A stretch of DNA of 64,000 bases, taken from contig NC_043000.1 of the NCBI RefSeq assembly GCF_006345805.1, positions 142,414,001 through 142,478,000 of the forward strand, in the 5' to 3' direction. The notes beneath the pieces were generated by a model, which worked only from the letters and a program-made list of their open reading frames with translations, was not told where the DNA came from and made no database searches. The stretch is from Octopus sinensis (Eukaryota). The stretch's first letter is position 1; each line of letters starts with the position of its first letter. This document shows positions 53,426 to 64,000 of the stretch, piece after piece. The translations under genes and the position numbers were made by a program.

Positions 53426-53462
53426 GTCCTGATTGCTGCGTTTCGATCGGTTCTTTTTCGCT

Positions 53463-55181
53463 ATGGATTTGTCTGGTTGTCAGACCGGAGACGAGGAGAT
53501 TTCGCTTGCTCTGATTGTGGAGATGTTAAGGGGCCAGATGGCACAGACGGACGCGTTCGTGGAGAGAATGGACAGGAGGCGACAGGGCCTGTGGGCAGAT
53601 CAGCGGGAGCTTGAGGTTGCGGATGGGTCAGCTTTGAAGGATCGGTGTTGGACCGAGGATAGCGACGGTCCTGTGGACAGAGATTGCCCGTCGAACGAAG
53701 CATCGAGGGAAACAGATATTGAAGGAAGTGTTGCCGAAATCTGTGATGCTGGACCGGCTGTGTTTGCGGAACCTGGGCTGGTTGCCGAAATTTGTGACGC
53801 TGTACCCAAGAAATCTTGTGATTTGGAACCCGTAGAGGTTGAAGTAACCAAAAGGCCTGTGGAAGGTGTTATGGCTGATGCTGTTGTACCGTGTCTGGAG
53901 CCCTTGGCATCTCGACCCCTGTCTCTCGGAGCTCGGGACGAAGAGCTGGCGAGGGCTGGGGCGGATGTCGCTGAATCCGAGGTTCCGGCTCTGTGTGTGA
54001 TGGTCGCGGCAGGTGTTGTGCCGTGTGCGAGTCCTTTGGTGTCTGGACCCCTGTCTCTTGGGGCCCAGAAGGACTGTATGGTTCCCACTGTGGAGAGGCC
54101 ACAGGCGTGGATGGACTGGCGGCCGAGCGTGCGTGTTGTGAGGCCTGCGGTACGGAAGCTGGTGAGGAAAAGGACCAGGCCCGTTGACGAGGCGAGACGG
54201 CTGCGAACGGTGGTGGGTCCACCGAGTCCAGGAAGACTGCTTCAGCGTTGGGTGAGCTTTGTGGTTGATGGTTGCTTGGGGCCGGTGGAGCCCGACAGGC
54301 AGTGCCTAGTGAAAGCTCGATTGAGGGTCGGGTGGACCCTAGTGGAAGCAGAAGCTGGTGGAGCGCTGGCTGGGTCGGCCGATCTTTTGGATGTGGCACA
54401 GGCGATTTGCAGAAGGCAAATCGAGGAATCGTGCCAGATGGCGAGCCAGTGTTGGGGCCAGTTCTGCCGATACGGCAACGTAGTTGAATGAGGTGGTGGC
54501 CCACGGATGCAGTTGAGGAAGCGGTCCGCAAGGAGTCGCTGGTGCTTTGTTGGCACTTGGGGGAGCTCTGTATTTGATGGTTGCGTGGGGCCGGTGGAGC
54601 CCGACATGCAGTGCGGAGTAAGAGCTCAATTGAGGGTCGGCTGGACCCTGGTGGAGGCAGAGTCTGACAGAGCGCTGGTTGGGTCGGCCGAGTTATTGAA
54701 GGCTGCGCAGGCGATTTGCAGAGGGCAAATCGTGGAACTGCGCCGGACGGTAAACCAGCGGCGGGGTCAGTTCTGCCGGTGCAGAGATGAAGTTAAGGGA
54801 GTTCGTGGTCCGCCGATGCAGTTGCGGAAGAGGCAACTGTTGGTGAAAAGCGCAGGGCGTTGGTCGCGAGGGTTGTTGGATGCTGGTCGCACGGACCTGG
54901 CAGAACGTTTCGTCGACCAAGGCGGTTGTCGCTTGAGGAGGCAGCGAGGCCGGAGGAAGGTCTCAGTACAGCAGCGCAAGAGGAGATATCGGCGACAGGT
55001 AACAGTGAAAGGACAGAATGGTCCCTGGTCGTCAGTGATAATTGCGCGGAATGGGGATGGTACAGCAAGGTGCTACGTGGGCTATAGAGCCCTGAAGGAA
55101 GGTGGCCACTGTGAAGGATTGGCCGGACCCTTCCTGTGTGAGGGATTTGAGGAACTTCCTCGGACGGTGCGCCTATTGTAG
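53463..55181 (+). pseudogene. Eroded gag/pol-derived reading frame with one internal TGA (54489-54491)
   Basis: The ORFs 53433-54491 and 54507-55181 share one frame. DAGRTDLAERFVD and GPWSSVIIARNGDGTARCYVGYRALK resemble the Gypsy pre-RT region and RT start. VKDWPDP..VRDLRNFLG..AYCRR (55111-55221, another frame) resembles the RT end. Confidence 0.75.
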
Positions 55182-55395
55182 GCGGCTAGTAGGAAGCCTG
55201 GCGGCGTTGGCGGTGGTATTGCCCAAGCCGCAGAGGGAAGGTGCCAACCTGTGGCTGGTGCTGAAGTGGTGGCCGTGGGAGGTGAGACCCCTGGAGGAGA
55301 AACCACCCAAGGGGACCCCCAGCCCCTGGAGAGTCTGCTGGAGCTCGCCCTCGGAGCTGCGGGTTTCTTATGCTTTGTCGGGTCGACAAAAGCTT

Positions 55396-55408
55396 AGGTA
55401 GGGGGTAG
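55396..55408 (+). promoter_or_regulatory. Polypurine tract
   Basis: AGGTAGGGGGTAG directly before the 3' LTR. Confidence 0.8.
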
Positions 55409-56610
55409 TGTTACGGTTTAGCTGGTGCATTTCCCGGTGACCCACATTGGAATTATGGTTCCGGCATGTCTAGTAGAAAAGTGACAGTCTTTTGTTTAAT
55501 GGAGGACTAATGGGTTTTGGAATGACCTGTGACCTTGTGCGGGTGAATTAGGGGGTCGCTCTGGACACCCCTTGAATACGTCGTGAGAGAGGATGAGGGG
55601 GCAGAGAGGGACAGGCAGAGAGTATGGTAGAGCTGTCAAGAGAGGGTAATAGGCAGCAGGCGATAGAGATAGGCAGTAAGAGAAAAGGGACAGATAGAGA
55701 GGGTAATAGGCAGCAGGTGATAGAGATAGGCAGTAAGATCAGAGAGCAGATAGAAAGGCTATAAGTAGTACGGGACAGATTGAGAATAGAGATAGAGTAT
55801 AAGGCTAAGCGAGCAGTTAGAAAGGGTATGAGCGATATAGACAGAGGGAGATGAGGTAGTGGAAGTCAGGACGAGGAGGTGAGGTTTTGGGCAGTCGTTG
55901 AGCGGTCGTCGAAGAAGACAGACGGATCTTGCAGTCGCTGGCCGGTCCTCGAAGAAGACAGACGGACCTTGGATTTAAGGAGCAAGCGTTGGAATTCTTA
56001 GGAGCAAGTTGGATGCGAGAAAGCTTGGCGGCACAGAAGGGAATTAGCAGTATTCAGAGGAATTAGCAGTATTGAGAGGAATGGGACACTGGCAGATTCA
56101 ATTAGGAATTGAGGTATGTGTTTGTGCATTGATATGTGTCACGGTGTATTGAACAGTGAAAAGAACAGTCAAGGACTCTGTCGATGTGGTCGATAAAGGA
56201 CATTGTGAAGAAGAAGAGTAAAGGACTTGTTGATTGTGATGTTTAGGAAGAGACTTTAAAGAACTGTTGTCTTGGGACGTGTACTCTTGAATTGTTACAT
56301 GATGTTGTATTATGCTTTGAGTTGTACTCTTGAAATGCTGTTGTATTATGTATTGAGTAGTCACGTGCATGCTTTGATGTATCTTGATGTTGTAACAATT
56401 GTAATTGTCGTATAAACTGTTGTTTGAATATAAGCCAGTGTTGCCAGTTGTTGCCTTGCCTCTTTGGGTTGTATCTCGGGTTGTGCCTCTGTATCTCTGT
56501 GCTGTTGAGGTTGTGGCAGTATCTATCTGTATCTCCTCTCTCCGCCTCTTTGGGTTCCGTGGCGAACTAGTGGGCCGTTCGGGCGAGCGACGACGGGGGA
56601 TTCCGTAACA
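55409..56610 (+). repeat. 3' LTR (1202 bp)
   Basis: Direct repeat of 52204-53404. Confidence 0.97.
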
Positions 56611-56869
56611 ATATATATATATATGTGTGTGTGTGTGTATGTGTATGTGTGTGTGTGTGTATGTGTGTGTGTGTGTGTTTGTATGTGTGTGTGTATGCGT
56701 GTGTGCATGTACGTAAGCATGTATGTATATGACGAATAAATATGGTCTGAAAGATTGCTTAAGGTTCATGGCGAATCTTATAAATATACCTGTTCAAGTA
56801 CCATAATACCATGAAACTATTAGCACCACTTTCAGTTGTGCATTTTATTTGATATATATACATATACAT

Positions 56870-56962
<93 letters not shown>

Positions 56963-56965
<3 letters not shown>

Positions 56966-57277
56966 ATAAATATTAGGGAATAAATCCAAATTTACAGGGA
57001 AAATCAGATTTAGGATTGAATCCAATTTTATAGTAAAATATTATATAATATTAATGAGAGACAAAACCACTATTTTGCAAATCAAACAAAGAAAGACTTA
57101 ATCCAATACATAAAAAAAATTTAATATAAATTAAATAAAATTATATTCGCCACTACAATTGTTTCATGTCTCTTCTCAGGACATTCATCAGGTGGATTTC
57201 AGGTCTTCTATTCTATTTTTATGTTTTGGATTAAGTCTTTCTTTGGTTGATTTGCAAAATAGTGGTTTTGTCTCTAA

Positions 57278-57285
<8 letters not shown>
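56963..57285 (-). mobile_element. Family P1 copy with HHR and inverted partial duplication
   Basis: 57217-57285 is an inverted copy of about 57045-57112; the HHR lies between them; the 3' end (minus sense) runs into (TA)n. Confidence 0.8.
57150..57195 (-). ncRNA. Canonical minimal type-I hammerhead ribozyme motif
   Basis: CCAC CTGATGA ATGTC ctgagaaga GACAT GAA ACAATTGT A GTGG: perfect stems I and II, palindromic stem III, GUA triplet. Confidence 0.85.
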
Positions 57286-57335
<50 letters not shown>

Positions 57336-58312
57336 GTAGAAGGAAATCAAACGGTGAACACTTTGGCAAGACTTGATAAGGACATTTAATTTACCTACAT
57401 AATAAAATAATAAAACCTTTAGATATTCTCTATAATTATATACCTACATTAGTTGTCCTTAGCAAGTCTTAGCAAACTATTTGCCTTCAGTTCTCTACTT
57501 CAATATATGCCTACCAATTCGAGTGGAGTCCACTTCTAGCAGTTTTTGGATAAGGGAATCAGAAAACCACACCTTCAACTGCAGTTCAAACCGAAATTTT
57601 AGTGGCATGCCATACCTATTTGAGCAGACAGAGCGCATTCCCATTACTTTGAATCACCCTGAAAAAACTCATATACGTATATACGTATACACAATATTGT
57701 GTAACTTGCATTGAAGATGTTTGTGTGCATTGATTTTAGTATCTAGTGTACCTGCTATGATAATCATCCCAAGAAACATGTTTTTAAATTGTTATTTGAT
57801 GCTCCCTTCACTAAAAATTCGTTTCCTTTTTCCTTTTTATGAAAAAACTTGTTCCATTTCTCACATTTCGTTAAATCATACTTATATAATGCATGGTGTG
57901 AAACGCTTGAAACCACAAGACATTTCAATATATAACTATATAAGTTGATAGGATATATAAATATTTAAATATTTCTATTGAAATATATATAAATAACAGT
58001 TTTTTACATTTCTTGATTCAAACCAACATTATACTAAAATAAAATATGCAGGATGCTGAAAAGCGTAAACAGGTTATAAAATATTTCAAAAGTATACTGG
58101 TATGTTATGAAATATTTTGGAAGCGTATGCAAACACTGAGATAGCAATCAATACCTGCGTATATTTCGTTCTTCGACCGTCTGAAATGTGAATGTAAAAT
58201 GGAATGTGTAACATGAGTATATGTATAAAAGAGAGTTCACGTCAGTGTATAAATGCTATGTAGATTTATCCTACAGAATGCACTGCTTTTAAATATGTTG
58301 CAAAATTTGGAA

Positions 58313-58404
58313 CATCTTGGGCAAGTGTCTTTTGCTATAGCCCCGGGCCGACCAATGCCTTGTGAGTGGATTTGGTAGACGGAAACTGAAAGAAGCCTGT
58401 CGTA

Positions 58405-58473
<69 letters not shown>

Positions 58474-58720
58474 AGTGTGTGTGTGTGTGTTTGTGTGTCT
58501 GTGTTTGTCCCCCTAGCATTGCTTGACAACCGATGCTGGTGTGTTTACGTCCCCGTCACTTAGCGGTTCGGCAAAAGAGACCGATAGAATAAGTACTGGG
58601 CTTACAAAGAATAAGTCCCGGGGTCGATTTGCTCGACTAAAGGCGGTGCTCCAGCATGGCCGCAGTCAAATGACTGAAACAAGTAAAAGAGTAAAAGAGT
58701 AAAAGAGTAAAGAGTAAAGA
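58313..58720 (+). mobile_element. SINE family A, 5'-truncated young copy
   Basis: Very similar to 11975-12334; (GAGTAAAA)n tail; internal (TA)n(TG)n. Confidence 0.92.
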
Positions 58721-59320
58721 CATCTGCATAAAAATGTGGATAAACATTTATTAAAACACATAAGAGTGTACGTGTGTCTATGTGTATACCTACCTGTATG
58801 GTAGAAACAAAATGGCGTCGGTGCATTTAGTTAAGTTCCACGTGTCCCCGTCAATGTGAGTTTCCATTTAAATCCGAACACAATGGATATATAAATACTT
58901 GACAAAATTCAAAGGTCAGTTTCACGCACTAAAAGATATGAAGGCGTTATTCCAGGATGGCTAAAGTCCAGTGACTGAAAAAGGCAAGAGACCAACGTAT
59001 ATGCATGTCACTTAGGTCCTTATGAATCTGCTTAGAGCTATAAACTGAGAGGTTTATACATTCCTGTCTTTTTATAGCTAGAACATGTTAGCTTTCGGAT
59101 AATAAAACAGGAAAGCGTTTTCAGTTAACAAGGCAAATGTGAACGGCGGACATTGAATGAAACAAATTACGTTAACAATTATTAATTATTAAATTAAATC
59201 CTCAGCCTAATCACTAATATAAAACAACACAAAAGAACACCAGCACCTGCACCTACAATAGAAAGAAAAATGAGATATATAAAAGGTATATATCGAGAAA
59301 TATATCAAAGTTAGGTTTCA

Positions 59321-59556
59321 TACCTATTTCTTTACTACCCACAAGGGGCTAAACACAGAGGGGACAAACAAGGACAAACAAACGGATTAAGTCGATTACA
59401 TCGACCACTGTATGCAATTGGTACTTAATTTATCGACCCCGAAAGGATGAAAGGCAAAGTCGACCTCGGCGGAATTTGAACTCAGAACGTAACAGCAGAC
59501 GAAATACCGCTAAGCATTTCGCCCGGCGTGCTAACGATTCTGCCAGCTCGCCGCCT
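59321..59556 (-). mobile_element. tRNA-derived SINE family C
   Basis: Close match to 29182-29417. Confidence 0.9.
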
Positions 59557-62164
59557 TTAGATATAGCAGCATTAACATATCAGGGATTGCTGGAATGCAA
59601 ATATTATTTTTAAATATTGAGATTACACCAGTCATCATAAACGGTGCCTTTCAAATACAAGGATGAATATTTAAAAGCCTGATCCTCATTTAACAGGAAG
59701 GAAAGAAACGGTGCAACAACAGAACTATAATATATAATACCTCCCAAACTCAAAACGTTTTATATGTTAGTACAAACAACATAACATTGATTATCCTTTT
59801 CCACGACTAAACTTACTGACGTCGGAAATAAACACATTGTCGTAGTACATTGCGACCACGCATGATTGTAATATGTAGGAGTCAATTACATACTAAATAT
59901 ATTTCTTCGAAGCAGCATACTATGTCAAAGACAAAAAGTGAAAATGGCCTGTACTTAATGAAACATCTGCTTAAAACTTTACACTACCAATATAACATGC
60001 TGTCTGGGTTTACTCAGCGTAACGCAGAATGATACTATTAAAATGTATTAAGTCGTGGGTTGACAGATTGTGATATATAATTTAGTGAGCCACTGTAATT
60101 ATGATATATTTGAGTAATTATGATATATCTTAGTAATAGGTTTGTTTTCTCCATTTGATAATATATTTCGTATATGTCTGTGTCCTGCTGTTGCTTTTAG
60201 CACGAGGGTAGCCCTGAATGATTAATAGTGCTTCTGTTTATGACCATCTAGTTATTGTAGGTAAGAAGTATGTAGGAGTATATTATACAACGACTTCCAC
60301 TTTTTATGGGCAGTAGTGACGGTTATTCGGTTGCTATTTATGACATGTAGCGTTTCTTTCATCGGATTTTCTCATTTTTGTGCATGAGTAGAAAGAATAA
60401 TCACGGTAACTCCGAAATCTTAATTTTAGTGTGCAAGTTATATTCATGCTATATGTCTATATAAGAAGACATCGGGTCATTTAATGAAAATATATTTTCT
60501 AGCCGTGTGATGTAAATACATTATTTAATCTATGGCTGGAGTGATAAACTGAAAGAAATGGTAGAGTGATCGACTAAACACCTTGCATTATTTAATTTCG
60601 TTCTCCTATTTCCTGCATTCTAATGTCGCCAGTGTTGACTTTGCCATTTATTCTTCTGAAATCGATAAACACAAGCTTTGTGTTTTACTCTCTAGATTTG
60701 ATTATACACCCCCGCTCAAATATATGACATGGTGCCAAGTTGCCATTTTATAGGAAATGTTAAACATGCTATGTTTAATACTCTATGACTGCAATATTGT
60801 ATGTTTGCTAAATTTAATGGGGCAATTTGAATAGAGAATTTTAAATAAATGTAACTGCGAATTATCTACAACTAACTGGCCTTCCGTGAGCAAATGTGTT
60901 GACCACTTTAAAAGCTGCTAATGAGATATGTCTGCTTCTATGGTTTAATGAGTGGCGACATTGAAAAGACTGTCCAGTACACAAATTGACTGAGGTGTGT
61001 AGACCCTGATATTTTTGGACGTTTAGTTACTAATCATATTAATTCCGTGTGGTATTATCCCATAAGTGTTTCCATGAATACTAATCTAAGTGTGCACCAT
61101 GTTATTTACTTACTAAACACATATACTCACACAAAGCCACAACCTTATTTTATAATACTCATTCCTTTACAAATGCTCATCTACACGTGTACACACACAC
61201 ACACATGGATATACGTATGTATACATATGTGAGTGTGTGTATTGATGTATACAAGTTCTTATGTATACATAAGAGAATTATTTCTAATTTAGGCACAATG
61301 CCAATAATTTTACAAGTTATTCGATGCCATCGACTCTTAATGTTTGAAATGCACTTGAGTTATTGGCCCCAGGGTGATCAATAACAAAGCTTACTCCGAC
61401 AAGATTTGAAGTCAGAATGTAAAGAACCGGAATAGGCATTTCTTCCGACATTAACAAATTTGTTAGCTTCCCACATTATTCATACAGAAAACAATGCAAC
61501 AATTTACAATTTGAAATAATAGCTAACACACAAAGGAGGCATAAACGATTATTAATGAAAGCAATGTAAATGTAAATGACTTTCTTCTTTATATAAGACA
61601 GTCTGATGATAGTATTGGAAACGTTCGTCTCCAAGGCATGGCCAAGGCAAATTTATTTACTTTAATCTTTCTTTTCTGAAGACTAGTTTTTACTAACGTA
61701 TGCAAGACATCACGTCCTGCCGCCTCAATGGTATCTAAGAGAAACGCAAAATTGCTATTGTATTTTTTAATTTTATTTTATCTAGTTTCAGCTCACGAGC
61801 TGTGGCCATGCTGGGGCACCGCTATGTGTTAGTATAATCATCGCTGCAGGTATTTCCTTCAGAACGCAAACACCTTAATAGATATCACAAATCGTCAAAT
61901 CCGAAGCTCTATAAATTCAGTAAAGGCACCACTTTCTACTTATAATTTTATCTATCGACCCACCCTCCAAACAATATGAAAATAAAAATTGGGATCACAC
62001 TATTTGTACTCAGAGTGCACAGCAACAGAAGAAATGCAACAAGACATTCTAACTGATGTAATTCATCGCCTAAAGTATGAAATTACATGTTTAATATATT
62101 CAATTACAATTAGCTCTAAGAGTCAAGCTGTCAATAAGATGTATTATTTAAAATTCTGTAACTA

Positions 62165-62742
62165 TTGGGTTGTCCGGAAAGTTCGTGCCGATTTATAGTA
62201 GCTTACATTTCGAATTATTTTTTCGAATTATTATTTTAGAACATGGTTGAGTCCATAAAATAGGATTTGACTACACCTCCATTTAGAGCACAGTTTAAGC
62301 TATCTTTTCGTTGAAGAAGCTTTATGTTCCTATAACCTGTGTTAATTCTGTAACCCTTTAAAATGAAAGATATGAAAGTTCATTTTCGGCACTTGATGCT
62401 TTGGGAACCAGACAAAAAATGCTGCAACTCGACCGGGATGTGTTACCCCACCTCCATATTCACCAGATATTGCTCTTCGGATTTTCACTTAGTCAGGTCT
62501 CTGCAGAATAGTCTTAATGGTAAAAATTTCAATTCCTTGGACGATGTAGAAAGATACCATGATGAATTCTTTGCCATGAAACCACCTCAATTCTGGGAAG
62601 AGAGTATTTTCAAGCTAAAGAAAGATGGAGAGGCATTGTGCAACAAAATGGTTCATATTAGGTTGTTTAAAAATGAAATGGCAAGTATTTATTGATTTTT
62701 TCTTTCCTTTAAAATTCAACACGAACTTTCAGGACAACCCAA
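62165..62742 (+). mobile_element. Internally deleted mariner with both TIRs and TA TSD
   Basis: TA|ttgggttgtccggaaagttcgtg ... cacgaactttcaggacaacccaa|TA; N-terminal MKVHFRHLMLW joined to C-terminal SDFHLVRSLQNSLNGKNF. Confidence 0.92.
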
Positions 62743-62856
62743 TATATTGTAATCTTATTTCTAACATAAAATGCAGCTTCCGACATTTCGCATTATTTAT
62801 AGTTTAGTCTATATATCATCAATTAAAATTTTCACTCAACGTTTAAAACTTGTTAC

Positions 62857-63285
62857 GGTCGTGCACGTGTATGCGTGGTAAGAAGTTTGCTTGCCTACCC
62901 CATGGTACTGGGTTGATTTCTTCTGCCTTGCACCTTGGGCAAATCACTTCTATTATAGCTGCGGGTCGACCAAGGCCTTGTGAACTGATTGGGAAGACGA
63001 AAACTGAAAGAAGCCTGTTGTATATACATCTGTGTGTCTGTGTATGTTTTTGTGTGTGTGTGTGTGTTTGTCTGTATTTGTCTTGTCTCTATCATCGCTC
63101 GACAGCTAGTGTTGGTGTGTTTACTTCCCCGTACCTGAGCGGTTCAGCACAAGAGACTGATAGAATAAGAACTAAGCTTCAAGAGAGTCAGTCCTGGGGT
63201 CGATTTGTTCGATTAAAACCCTTCAAGACGGTGTTCTAGCATAGTGACGGTCAAATCGTGGAAACAAGAGAATAAAATAATAAAA
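62857..63285 (+). mobile_element. SINE family A, diverged copy
   Basis: gtggtaagaagtttgct...ttgggcaa...gaaactgaaagaagcc...(TG)n...gtcctggggtcgatttgttcga. Confidence 0.85.
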
Positions 63286-63409
63286 CAACACACACACACG
63301 CACACACATACACACACACATGCCTACACACGCACGCACACCCACGCACATACACATACACACACATATTTATGGCTGCAGTCTTCAGACTGAAACTAAA
63401 ACAGTTAAA

Positions 63410-63958
<549 letters not shown>

Positions 63959-64000
63959 GATGTAGATATAGTTGTATAGAAATAGTTAAGGATACACACA

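Larger units (their letters stand above)
52204..56610 (+). mobile_element. Young non-autonomous Ty3/Gypsy-derived LTR retrotransposon
   Basis: Two ~1.2-kb LTRs with TGTTACGG...CCGTAACA ends, PBS, PPT, ATAT on both flanks in a (TA)n tract, and a 2.0-kb internal region with eroded pol remnants. Confidence 0.95.

Noticed and set aside
61595-61632. CTGATGA...GAAACGTT hammerhead-like match
   Set aside because: Stem II and stem I cannot be formed convincingly; chance or too decayed.

Overview
AT-rich eukaryotic genomic DNA with very dense microsatellites. The repeat content is most consistent with a coleoid cephalopod such as octopus (inference). No CRISPR arrays, rRNA genes or functional tRNA genes were seen, and no host gene could be identified with confidence, only weak candidate exons. 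Most of the recognisable features are mobile elements: a Penelope-like element (RT + GIY-YIG) plus relics, three R4/Dong-type RLE LINEs in (TAA)n-type tracts, an RTE fragment with a 5' inversion, Tc1 and mariner remnants, a Helitron-like repeat, at least three tRNA-derived SINE families, and a young non-autonomous Ty3/Gypsy derivative (1.2-kb LTRs, tRNA-Leu PBS, RT core deleted). The strongest hidden signal is a set of minimal type-I hammerhead ribozyme (HHR) motifs in several unrelated short repeat families. Most are followed by a short tail that ends at (TA)n, and they often occur as inverted duplications. They include a tRNA-headed SINE with an HHR tail and a 242-bp-arm palindrome carrying two opposed HHRs. 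The Penelope 3' region also holds six GACGTCA-N12-CCAAT modules with invariant spacing. All alignments and folds were done by eye; most element boundaries are approximate.
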